Origin: Yuukianura sp. NJ FZ-2021
Taxonomy: Eukaryota
DNA: 64,000 bases
NCBI GenBank assembly: GCA_046563655.1
Contig: CM102288.1
Location: forward strand, 186,001 to 250,000
Direction: 5' to 3'
The notes beneath the pieces are model-generated. The model did not search any database, was not told the origin of the DNA, and worked only from the letters and a program-made list of their open reading frames with translations. How positions within the stretch are numbered: the first letter of the stretch is position 1; the number at the start of each line of letters is the position of its first letter. Below are positions 23,616-35,817 of the stretch, in pieces. The translations under genes were made by a program, and so were the position numbers.

Positions 23616-24942
23616 ATGGCCGTTGAAGAAATGGAGAAGAAGAGTAATCGGTTGGCTCCAATATTTGGGTTGTACAAATCCTACTTTGCTGCAATAAGGC
23701 TCATGGGCATATTTCCATACGAAGTTAACGTTGACCTTGCTCAAGTTGACCTGCGTAAAGGTCACCTCTGGACAGCATTCAACTACTTTAACTTTGTCTA
23801 CATGACTCTCTACTGCATCAAACCACAAATACTGTTCTATCTCAACCATCGCTCCAACTACCAATTCGAAACTGTCCAAAATGGATACATTTTCCAAATG
23901 ATTTGGATTTTCGGATTCTTCACTGTCACGCCCATCTTCATGACGTTTTTCTTCTACTCCGAAATCATCCGGACCACAACTTCAATCTGGCTCAGACTTG
24001 AACAATATGTAGCAGGTTTTACAAAAATTTCAAAATTTAAAAAAAAAATCAAACTTAAAAATTTTTTAATATGTTTTGATTCTTTTAAAATCAGACCATC
24101 TGAAGGAAAGCGATGAAGGAATTGCAAAACGCACAACTTTTTTAAAACATCAACTTTTGTGCTACGCTGGAGCTTGGTGGGGCTGTTTGCTAACGATGAT
24201 CCCCATCACATACATCATTCCCCGCTTCCCGCCATTTCTCAATTCAATTTACTTGGATGACCCCAAGGTCAACCCCGAAGCAGGGTCAAGGTCACCGGGT
24301 CAAATTTTGATCCAATTCACTTTTTCCACTTTGGAGCTCCACATAAGCATCATGGCTTGGGGGCTCATCGGAGGGTTTGATGTCCTGGTGAGCATGATTT
24401 GCCGAAGTCTGTACAAGATCATAGATCGCCTCAAAGTAGAGTACATTCTAAGGGTCAGAGGTCACCAAGAGGTCAGTGACCTCATCTCCATCTACCGCTC
24501 ATGCCAAATAGTTGCTACTCAATTCGGAACTATTTTTTCGCGCCTTTTGTTTTTCCAAGAAATGACGAACCTTGTTTTGTCGGTGTTTTTGCTGGTGGGG
24601 GCCCTTAATGGGGACAACGCCATTCTGAGTACGTTCTGCCTCTGTAATACATTTGGAGTCACTCTGCGCATGTACGTGCTGTATCTCCCCATGGCCAAAC
24701 TGGCTGTCAAGTCAAAGTCGTTTGTTCAATTTCTACGCAGAGAGAAGAAAGGTCAAGGTCAAAGGTCAGGGAGGTCATTGACCTTGGAGGAAAAGAGACT
24801 CCTGGATTCTGCTAAACCGTTTGCTATAAAAGCTTGGGGGTTCCATAAAATAACGCCTACGTCTATTCTGGACTACACGCTGGCCCTTGTCTCCTACTAT
24901 GTCACCATCAAACAGGTCAAGGCCGCTGAATTTCTGGAGTAG
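23616..24942 (+). CDS. Gustatory-receptor-family (7tm_7-like) chemoreceptor; 2 exons
   Basis: RLMGIFPY near the N-terminus, multiple TM segments, and C-terminal AWGFHKITPTSILDYTLALVSYYVTIKQ matching the GR TM7 signature. Phase-1 intron 24016-24094. Confidence 0.8.
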
Positions 24943-25369
24943 TTTCAAAATTTTAGTTTCTTTCAAAATTTCCATAGTTGCTATCTCAAATTTGAAGGGC
25001 ATTCAGTTTAGCATGCAGTAGAATATGTGAACTCAACAAATGAAAATAAAGTTACAGCTTTTGTTCTTCCACAATCCCAAAACAACTCTACAGCTTTATT
25101 ATGCAATTTAAAAAGATGACAAGCAAAAAAGAGGAAGGATTTATCGCATCTCGAGGTTTGACCTTTGACCTTCTCTGTTCTTAAAGTACATCTTCCACTT
25201 CCAGCATAGCCTAATCTCCTATTACATGCTACATACTACTTTGTTCTAAGAAACCACACAGTTATGTACAAAGTGTATTCAGAGTGCAAAGTTGTTATGT
25301 GCAAAGTTCTGAATAGAAAATAAAACCAAATTGACCGATTTGTATAGTTTTGCTCAAAATTTTGAAATT

Positions 25370-27217
25370 ATGGAAATGGGGGAACATAGTCGAAATGTCA
25401 AAAGTGAGGACAGAATTGAAGTTGTTGAAGACGAGACAAGGATACCCAAGGAGGATTCCATAAGTAAGGAAAATTGGTTTTGAATTTTGAAAAATTTGTC
25501 AAAAAATGGCAGTTTTTTTTTGAAATTTTTGTTTAGTTCCACTAGAACGATGTGCGTGGTGTTTCAGTTTGCGGGGAGTTGCCATTTCCAGTATCACAGT
25601 CATGGTGGTTGTGGCCATTTTGGTTTTTGTTTTGGATTTTACCGTTCTCGAAGTTCATCGTATGAAAAAAATAGAATATGAAACAAAGAAATTTGAGATG
25701 TTTCAAGATGGCGGACGACTTGAAGCAGAACCGACATTCCAAAACACTTTTTACTTGAAAACGATTGACCTCAACCAAGTAGAGGCAAATGTATCTGTCC
25801 TCTATGACTTCATGACCTCGACTGGATATTCACTCGAGGTCATTCGTCTCCGAGATTTAAAACTTACCGGGACTCTACCAAATAAGTACAGAGGTCACAC
25901 AAAATCACAAAATCATTTTCACAAATTCTAAAATTCAGTTTGATTTCTTCCAAAATTTTAAAAATTTGGTTTCTCTTTCAAAATTCAGAGCATGGACTCA
26001 GTCGGTACGCCCTGAAAGAATTTGTGTTTGAATCCAACGAGCCGATTGGTCCAACGGCCAATTTTCAACTTGATGACTGCGACGAATGTATCGTGGAAGG
26101 AGTAAATTCAAGTTTCGCCGCAATTCAAAAGTTGCGCTGCCTTCCTTCGCTTCTGTTCCACCTAAAGAGTGCAGAGGTGATTTGGTTGGGAATTCATCCG
26201 TCTGACCCCATGATCATGGACGGAAACATTACGCTAAATATCTACGGTCGATCGCTTCTGCGCGTCATACACTCAGATTCCAGAGAAGACTATGACGTCA
26301 CAAGCATGATCAGCGACTGTGAACCAATCATCGGCTGGTACAGGTTCAACCTCAAAAAGTTAGCACTCAGTGGATGCACTTTAACTGCAAACACTTTAGC
26401 AGCTATTCTGCGCACTGGAAAATTAACCCACTTGACCCTGGACCGGGTCAACTTGACCGAGTTCCCGGGAGGCGTGAGGATGTCTCAACTTTTTCAAAGT
26501 GCTTTAAATTTAGAACAACTCACGATCAAAATGCATGCATTCAAAAGCAACGGAATCTTACAAAGATCACACTTCACAAATCCACAATACGCTGTTTTGA
26601 TGACAGACTTTCCACGTTCGTTGAAAACTTTAATTTTGGCAGGAGTTTTCATTTTGAGTCCAAAGCTTGACCCTATCAGAACCTATTTGACCTTGGACAC
26701 TCTCAGACTCAGCGACATCAACTTTCAAAATCAATATGCATTGGACTGTTTTCAAAACGGAATTGAGTTCAAAAAACTTGCTTTTCGACAAGTTCAAATT
26801 CAAAATGGAAGCCAAATTGGAAATATTTTGGAGGATTCAACAGTTTGGATTCCGTTTTTGGACAAAGCGATGGAGAAAGCAAACTGGATTTGGATTGAAA
26901 ATCCTTTCTATAGACCGTACAGTTTTTGGTACAGAAATAAAGTGGAATCTGCTGGAAATCCAGGAACTTTAAAACCAACCATCGATAACGAATTAGCGGC
27001 ATGGAAAACTTGGCTGCGAAAAAGAGGAATTGACGATCTGCTTCTACACGATGACCCAGCTTTTAAGTTAATAAAGTCTGAAGGTCAAGGGTCATGGGAA
27101 ATGGAGACAAGCCATGACGGGTCACCGCCAGAAACTCCAAACGCTGCACTTTGGTTCCACTTTTTACGAATGGGCACGTTTCTCAGAGAAAATCTATGGA
27201 ATATAGTCGATTGGTAA
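25370..27217 (+). CDS. Uncharacterised type II-like membrane protein with LRR-like repeats; 3 exons
   Basis: Short acidic N-terminus, one TM (ITVMVVVAILVFVL), then repeated LxxLxL units (LKKLAL, LTHLTL, LEQLTI, LKTLIL, LDTLRL) in the 425-aa ORF. Confidence 0.6.
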
Positions 27218-27375
27218 AAAAAATGAAGAGGTCAAAGGTCATTGACCTTATAACTTGCCAAGGTCATTGACTTTTTGACTTGCCAAGGTCCAAATCTATG
27301 GAATATAGTCGATTGTTAAAGAAAACTGGAAGGTCAAAGGTCATTGACCTTTTAACTTGCCAAGGTCATTGACCT
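27190..27375 (+). repeat. About 100-bp-period tandem duplication spanning the stop codon
   Basis: AAATCTATGGAATATAGTCGATTG...AGGTCAAAGGTCATTGACCTT..AACTTGCCAAGGTCATTGAC occurs at about 27190 and about 27292. Confidence 0.8.
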
Positions 27376-27519
27376 TAAACATTTACGTCCACTCTTGGGG
27401 TCAAAGTTATTTGTGGCAAAATGGTTCATTTTACTTAACTTTTAGTTTTTCTCACAAATTTTTCAGTAGTTCAGTAGAGGTCAGAGGTGAGGTTTACTCT
27501 TGTTAATTGTGAATCATCC

Positions 27520-27593
27520 GTAAATTGTAAATCTGTAAATTGTAAATCTGTAAATTGTAAATCTGTAAACTGTAAATCTGTAAATTGTAAATT
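27520..27593. repeat. Minisatellite, 15-bp unit TGTAAATTGTAAATC (about 5 copies)
   Basis: Directly visible tandem array. Confidence 0.9.
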
Positions 27594-30500
27594 AGAAATT
27601 CTTAAATTGGACTAAGATCTGAGGTCATTGCCTTTTTTTGAAAAACGTGATGTTCGTGTTCCATAAATTGTGATTTGAGGAAGTCGCTTCAAGTACCTCC
27701 AGAAGAACCACGGTGAGTCACGATATCATTGTGGGACGAAAAAGTAAAATCGAAAATTGAACTTTGGCGGTTTTTTGGCAATTTCGAAAAACGAGAATGG
27801 CTGTGCTGTCGTGGACAAAAGGGGGTGTTGGTTTTTTGAAGTAGGAGAAATAGGGTTATTGCTGCGTAAAGCGCCAATTTTTGGACGCCGAGATTTGACT
27901 TTCTCCCTACGCGAGATTTGAGCTTTCTCCAAAAATTTTCGTAAGGAAAAAAAGTTTCCCAGAAAACAGTGCCTTGTGCTGCACAGTGCCGAGTTCGTTG
28001 GAAAGATCGTCTCATTGCATCCTCCACCGTGACGCTGAAAACATCACTTCCGCTTATACTGCCGTCGCTCGCTCGCTGCAAGTCAAACCATTTCTGTAAA
28101 GTGTCACTAAATCAAAAGTAAGAGGAACACTAAGCTGTCACCAACGCTTTTCGTCGCATACCTTACTCAAATCAAGTTAGTCCACAAAAAATTTTGAATA
28201 CTTTTACTATAATTTTTAGAAAAAGGAAATTAAACTTTCTGCTTTCACTTTTCTCCTTTTTAAACATTCGCTTCTATAAAAAGAAGTGGAGAAATTCAAA
28301 GTTTTGAATAGTCTCATAATTTCAAGTTGGAGGCAAAGGAAAGAAGCTAAAAAATTCATCTTTCTTGGGAATTCGCTTTTTTCTTCGGTTTTTGAAAACT
28401 TTTTTTTAGCCTGGGGAAAGTAATTTTAGTCAAAATCATAATAAGGAGAACTTTCACCAACTTTGTCCTTATAAGAACCAATAACCGTCAACATTAGTCT
28501 TCTTTTCTCTCTTTTTTGGTTGAAATTCGGAGGATGAAATTGTTGAGTATTTTTCTTGTGCGAAGAACTTTACAACTTACGTACTTGAGGAAAACCAATT
28601 TTTATGGTTGAAGTACGGCCGGCTCTTGTACCCACCCACACATGGGAAGGACGAAAAGTTGGTTGAAGTTGAATAGAGTTGTGTACGAGTGACAAGTGTG
28701 TTTTTGCCCAACTTTCTCCAATCTGCAAACATTATTCACTCAGATCTGACAACAGACAAACCTAACAAGATTTAATATCAGATCCTACTCTTATGTTTTC
28801 TTTAGAAAAGGAGGACACAAAGTCGATCAGACAAGAAACATTTTTTAGATGTTCTAAAACTGACATGAAAACATAAAACCAAAATTTTGAACAAAGCGTT
28901 TTTCTTAATTTGAAACGTCCGTCAAAAATTAAAAACTTGAAGTTTAAGTTTAACATTCTCTAAGAATTCTGCCCTCTTGATCATAAGTGAAAGTGAAGGT
29001 GAAAGTCCTACTTTTGATGAAAATTCAAAGTTTCAACTTTCAATTTCAACTTATTTTAACTGTTTCTCACCTTCCCTTCAGTTCCTGAAATTGATTCTTC
29101 AAACACAAAATGAAATCAGATTTGGAAAAAAAGCTTTTTAGTTTTATTTCTGTCACAAAAGCTGCTTGTCATCGCGTCCTCTTTCAAATCATAATAATGT
29201 TTTTCGTCATTCCCTCTTCTCCTAATGAAAATAAAAGTGAACTACATAAATTCCCAGAGAAATCACTTTCACCCTCTCACTTTCTCCAATCTTAGTCTCT
29301 CCCTTGCTTTGATGGGATTGACGTCAATTGACTCCAAAAACCAAAATAAAAGCAAACACAGTTTCATTTTCTCTTGATTTCGGTGAGGACCTAGCAAACG
29401 CAGCAGGAGATGTGTTCCGTTTGTCATTTTTGCAAAATCACAGATTTCCCAGGGATTCGCAAATTTGCGAAAAACGTTCTCATGTAAGTCAATATGAAAC
29501 AAAGATAGTCATCTTCCACTCCCACGCAAACTGTTTTATTTTATCTTTATTCCAAAAACCAAAAAGTTGCAACTTCCCAGAAAACAGAAAATGTACAGAG
29601 TGAAACAATAAAAACGAAAAATAACCTAAAATGCCCTATTAGTTGTAGAAAGTTGTTTGAAGAAATCAAAATTTCGAACCTTGAAACTTTTGAAACGGAA
29701 ATGACGCTGTAAAAGGCGGTATTTTTGAAGTAAATTAAACATCGTAATACACGATAAACAAAAATGAGGTTCAGAACATTAAGCGCTGGAGGCGTTTTGG
29801 CGGCAATTCCATTGCATTTTATTTGTTGGAAACAGAATGGAACAGGAAGGGAGAAAATAGCTGTTAGCCAAAACCGGAAATGTACCATTCAATTACTTCA
29901 GCTCCAAAAAGTTTCAATATAGAATTCGAATTTCATTTTGGAAAAATTTTAAATACGATATGAAGCCGTTATTTCCAAAAATTTATTAAACTTGTCCTAC
30001 CAACGTGTGTTTGGGATAATATGAAATGGAAAATAAATTTCGTGTGTCATGAACAGGCAAAGAGAAAGTACGAAGATAAACAATTCGTGAAAAAAAAACG
30101 CAACGGGGGAGAAATGAATAGTTCACAAATCAACAAGATTTCAAGAATTTCATTTCAAAACTTCAAAAGGCTTATTTAAAATTCCATTTTTCAAAATTGA
30201 CTTAGTGTTGACTTTTGAACTTCAAATTGCATTCGATTCAAATAACTATTATAACAAGATTTATTCAAAGTGAAAGCAGAGAAGAATGGTAGGACGATGT
30301 AGTACACCATGGTTCAAAATCTTATGGATTTTCTGGAAAGTAAAAAGAATTTTCCGTTCTTTCATAAATTTCTAAATTCAAATTTTGTGAACCACCCTGT
30401 ACTGTATAAGAGGAGACACATAAGGGAGATGTTCATTGACTTTCTCCACCCAAGCGTCCCTTATTGCCTAAGTTATGACGCCTTTTCCTGACTTCCGATT

Positions 30501-33500
30501 AGGCACATAGTCACACCATCATTTTATGTCGTAAAGAACCAACTAAATTTTGTTTTTCAAAAATTCACACTTCTTTAGGCTATACAATGTTATGTAACTT
30601 GACACTTTTGTAAGAAAAAGTGCCGTTTTTCAAAAACCGAAAAAGTATAAATTGGAAGTGTTTGACTTTCACTTCCTTTCAATTTCCTGGAGTGTTGCAT
30701 GAAAATGCCGAAGGAAATGGGGGGTCATTTCCTCTTAAGGGGAAACGGGGGGTCATTTCCCCAAGGGGGAGAAGGTCAAAAGGGGGTTTTCAAAGGATTT
30801 GAGAGGAAATGTTTCGAATTTAGCCGCCTTTTCCTTTGACATGGAAAACAAATTTTCCAAGAGGTTCTTCTGGCTACTTCAAACTAAATTGAAGATGACA
30901 CTTCAAGTTGACGCCTGGGCGGCGGTGACCTTTGACCTCAAAAATTAAAAAATTTCTTGGCTTCTGTGCTTTCTGGTGAGAGAATGCTTTGTTGGTAACT
31001 TGCATAACGGATGTTTGCATTTCCATTTTCCAGAGAGACCTGGCGGGTGAGTGACAAGTCCAGTTGGAATCCGGAACTTGTTCAGTGCAATTTCCTGTTT
31101 GTTTTTAGTGTACTTAAAATTCCAAATTTAACTTTAATTTAAATTAAAATCCAATTTGAAAGTTAAATCAGTTTGAAATTAAAGTTATGTCAGATGCTTA
31201 GCGAAATTGGAAAATTAATCTATGTAGTACTTAATCCTTACTTTATTTTTCAATTTTGAACATACTTCAATTTAGGTTAAAGGGTTTCATAAGTGCTTTT
31301 ACTTCTTTCACTTTTTTCTTCTATGAAAAAAGCAACCAAATATGCGACGTCCTTGAAATTTGTTTTTCTCTTCGCGATTTTTGTGAACTTTTACTTTTGT
31401 TCCTTTGACCTGGAAAAAGTCCAAAATTTTGATTCTCCGTCTCAAAATTATACAGTTAGAACTTAATACTTCAACTTTGCATTTTCTTTTGTAAAATCAG
31501 GTTCTTCTCCTAGTCGAAAGTTTTTGGAGCCAAAATAATCTTTCCGAAATTTCAAAGTTCCTTGACTTTTGAGCATTAGAGTATTTGTATCTGTGAGTGA
31601 CTCTTGTGCTTTCGAGTCAACAACAGAGAAAGTAACTTCATCTAGACATTTCTTTAAAAAGTTTCCGAAAAGTTTAAAAAACTTTGCCAAGTTGTAAAAC
31701 ACTTAAAAAATAAACCAGATAGCACAAGCCCACTAAAACATTTTAAAAAAGAGAGGACCTCAAAACTTTTGGAAACAAATTATGGAAAACGTAATGAATC
31801 AATGTCAAGAGTGGATCGAAAAAATATGTTTCTTCGACATCAGTACACGAGTTTAATAGTGTTAGTGTCAAACTTCATCAAAGTAAAGTCAAATTCAATT
31901 TAACTTTGCTAAAAGTTTCGTTTTTAGACTTTCCTTTTCAAAAAGTGTGAGGTTAGCATTTTCCACGTCGCTCATCACTTTTCTTTTTCCAGTTTCGGTG
32001 CACTTTCTCCAGTTTTAGTCTTTTCCGCTCCTGGAATTCTTCGTTTTAGTATTTCCAGGTTTCACGCGAACTCCTTTTTGCTTTCTCCTCTTTTATTTTC
32101 ATTTTCTGCTCCACAGTCCTTAACTTTCCGCCGAGTTCTTTTGTCTTTGTGGCTTTCCTTCTTAAGTTGAAGTTTGGATTTGGTTTAAAGAGATCTGGTG
32201 AGAATGAGGTTGTGGGAACTTGCGGTGGGTTTTGTCCCACCAACTTTTCAAGTCCTGGCCCCACCAAAGTGCCACCTAACCCAACCACTATCACGCACAC
32301 CATCCTTCTCCCAGAGTGTTTTATGGGTTTTGTGGGAGAAAAGACGGTTTCCAAGTTCAAACAAAGGGACCAGCAGAGAGCTACAAATTACGATTATGTG
32401 AAATCTCACTTTCTCTTTTCTCTGCTCGAGGAGGAGCCCTTCAAGGGACGCACAAAGCAAGACAATGGAAGAAATGGACACAGGACTCTATTTTTTTTGG
32501 TTCTTTGTCCTCAAGGGTCGGTTTTAAGGGATTAGCCACTACAATGCACATGAAAGCAAAAAGAGGAAGCAGGGAATATCCAATGACTGCACTGGATTAA
32601 AAAAAGATTCGGTTTCAAAAAGTCAGATTCCAATTTCAAAGAATTTTGTTCCAAAAAAGTTTCTTTTTGTGAAACAAATCTCAAATGAAAAGCCGGATTT
32701 TGAAAACTGAGGGAAAAAATGAATTGGAAAGGTTAAACTAGAAGAACTTAAAAGAAAATTATAAAGAAAGGAGAGATGGAAAGGTGAAAGCCTATTTTGT
32801 CTCTTCGTTTATTATGACGTTAGGTTTCAATTTCAAAGATAAAATGTTCAATTTGTACAGTAAAAAGTGTTTCAATGTGTTGGAAAATTTGAAAATGATC
32901 AAATGAACCAAAATGTCCAAAAAAGCCAAATCCAATTTTCCGGAATTTTGATTTGGGGCAAAGATTTCATTGTCAGTTTTCTCTTGTTGTGAGTTGAGAA
33001 TGAAATTGTTTGTTGAATTCCATTGCTTTCTCGTTACGTTCCATTGGATTTGGAACTTTTCCTGGAAAAATGTCTAGGAAGCAGTAAACTGAAACTGAAA
33101 AGGATTTCACTGACTCAAATCCTTTACAACGTAACACGCAACATGAAACGGTATTAGTTTTCTAACATGAAAGGAGATTCGACTAATTTGGACAAACTAG
33201 TAACTGTCCTGCCTAATTTCAAAAATGAGAAAGAGTTTTTCTGAAGTGAATTTCAAAAAAGTTGTTCACAGTCACTTTGATCTCATTAATTTCGCCATTA
33301 CTCATCAAAGAGGATTCACTAAATTTCTCAGACCTTGTTACTATAAGCTTATGCTGCTTTGATGTTTTTCCACGAAAATTCCTTATGTCAATTAATTTTC
33401 TGCGTCAACACCTTCTCAACTTAAGTGGTTGCGATGTTAGGTTTAGAAATGACTTAAGGCGTATTGCATAACTAAATGTTAATATTAAATATTAATATTA

Positions 33501-35817
33501 AATGCTCATATATTTGGAAAGGGGGAAACTAAAATCCCGGGATTAAAATTCAGGATTCTTTGAGAATTATTTGAAGCAGGAACAAGATTATGTTGCAATT
33601 TCCGGGAATTGTAATGCGCGCGTGCAGCTTTTTTTTTGTAAGTGAAAGTGAGATAAGATCTGAACAGGCTACTTCAGTAGTAACTCGAACTGTAGTAATA
33701 CATTTGTGCTTTTAGTTGAGTAAATACACAAATTCCTTTGAAGCAATATGAACTTTACATGGAGAAATAAGCATCAAGTCATCGTCCAAGGCTCGTCTCC
33801 TTCGTTGCTATGTTCAAAATGACATGATTTTTCAAAAAAAAAAATAGAAAGCAAAGATTTTTGTATTGAAAGTGAAAGTTCTTTTCACTTTTCATCTGAA
33901 TTCGGGATGAATTTTTCCAGGGTTGTGAACTTCTCACTCTTAAGTGGTTCCATTAACGCTGATTTCAAAAGGAAATGTGTCTTTGACATGCAAACGCAAT
34001 GTGACTAGAGTTGTTTTGAACTAAGCTAAGGCGTTCATATTTTTTAAAAACTCACACGTGGAATTTTTTTTTCAAAAAACAGAAGTTTTTTTGACGGCTT
34101 GGCTTTGATTAAATTTTTGAGACCTGAGGGGAAAGTTTGAGCCTGTCGAGATTTCTTTACATTCGTTTCAGCAGCACTGCTTCCCCCTAATGAGTTTTTT
34201 TTAAACAGAAAAAAGAAAGTTGTTCGTTTTTCTAAGAAGAAAAAAACGAAACTTCAAAAAAAATGTAGAAGATGAAGCGAAACGAAGTGTTGAGATGTTA
34301 TGTTAAATGAATGTTAGTAGCAGCTTCAACTCTCAAAGTTGCAACTCTTGCTGTTCATGTCAGTTTACGTGATGCTTCGTTTTTTTAATTATGTGAAACA
34401 CTTAATGAGATCTTGTCGCTCTGCTTTCAAAAAAAGAGTTCCGATTTTTTGAAGAGAAAGTTAAGATTTGTTTAGATTTTGGTAGAACGTCGTAGAGTGC
34501 ACAATAAGCTTTTAGAAGAGCGTCAAGAGACTGTACCACCAGCGAAGATAATTTCCTGGTCGTAATGACTCCAGGCACAAGTTAGGACAACATTAAGAAA
34601 TGAAAGAGACATTACGCGAGCTCCTTCTGATTTTAATGGCATGGATCATCTCCAAAGTACCCGCGTTTCGGACCTAACCAAACGAAGACCCGGGTAGTTC
34701 GGATTAATCCGAGAATTCGAGAAAAAATTGATAGTACCAAAAAAATTCTAATTTTTTCCGAAAAAGCTCAAATCCGAAAAGCCCGATTCCAAAACAGGTA
34801 TTTGATTCTGTTTCCGGACCGAAACTCGAAACGAGTATTCCGGACCGGGAGATTCCCGAACTCTGGATTTTCTTGTAATGGTTTTGCACTCTCTCGACGC
34901 GAGAAGTCAAAGTCTTTTGCATGTTTAAAAAACACAAAAGCCTAATCTGAAGTTGGCCTAAAAGTTGTTGCAACTTGCAAATCCGTTTTCCCGGACAATT
35001 CCCCGAATTTCGGGGAGCTTTTGTTGCATGAAGTTCCAGTGATGGCTCATTTCCTCATTCAAATTAAACCCAAATAGGAAACAGACTGTAAAATTATACA
35101 AAAGAGAGAATTAAACAACAATCAACTGCTTTTAAGTAGCTCCACTCCAAACGCTGCACCAAAAACATAAAAAGTAACAAAAATATTTAGCAAAACCAAA
35201 AAAAAGCTTCCCTTTTCCATCTCTGCTTTCGCAGAATCTGGAGGGCTTAAAATTATTTCAAAATTGAACTCAAAAGGTCACCCTTAAAAGCTTTCCCATC
35301 AGACTCGGCTTAGTGTCTCTTCACTGAACTGAAGGTAATAGAGATTGACATAAGATGTTCAAATTGGAAAGTACAACTTATACTTTCTTCTAAAAGAAAG
35401 TTTTGAAAAAAAATTGGAAAATTGAGAAACGACAAAGCTCTCTGAAAATGACGCGCACAAAGCGGATTAAGAGCTTGAAATTTGAACTTTTCAAAAAGCA
35501 CCGAAAAGCTTTCAGAAGCAGATTAGAAAATAAACTTCCGAAAACCTCTTAAAAGTTAGTCAAATCCTAAGCGTAATTGATACCACATCATTCCTACTCT
35601 CTTCCAGAGCCACAAAATCTTACAACTTTTTCCTATCGAAAGGAAACTTTACGAATCCAAACATTTACACTGAAAAAAATTCCGTTAAAAAGCTAAAAAG
35701 TCAAACTCCACAATTTCATTTAATTGGAAATGCATAGAAGCTTAGAGAGTAGAAACTTTACTTTGTAAACCAAAAAATTGAAAATATCTAAACTGTTTTT
35801 GTTTCTATAGACAGAAA

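Noticed and set aside
27520..27593. Regular repeat as a CRISPR array
   Set aside because: No unique spacers, eukaryotic context and no cas genes; it is a simple minisatellite.
27689..35501. Numerous 60-130 aa ORFs upstream of the GPCR
   Set aside because: Phe/Lys-rich translations typical of AT-rich non-coding DNA, with no domains or consistent exon chains.
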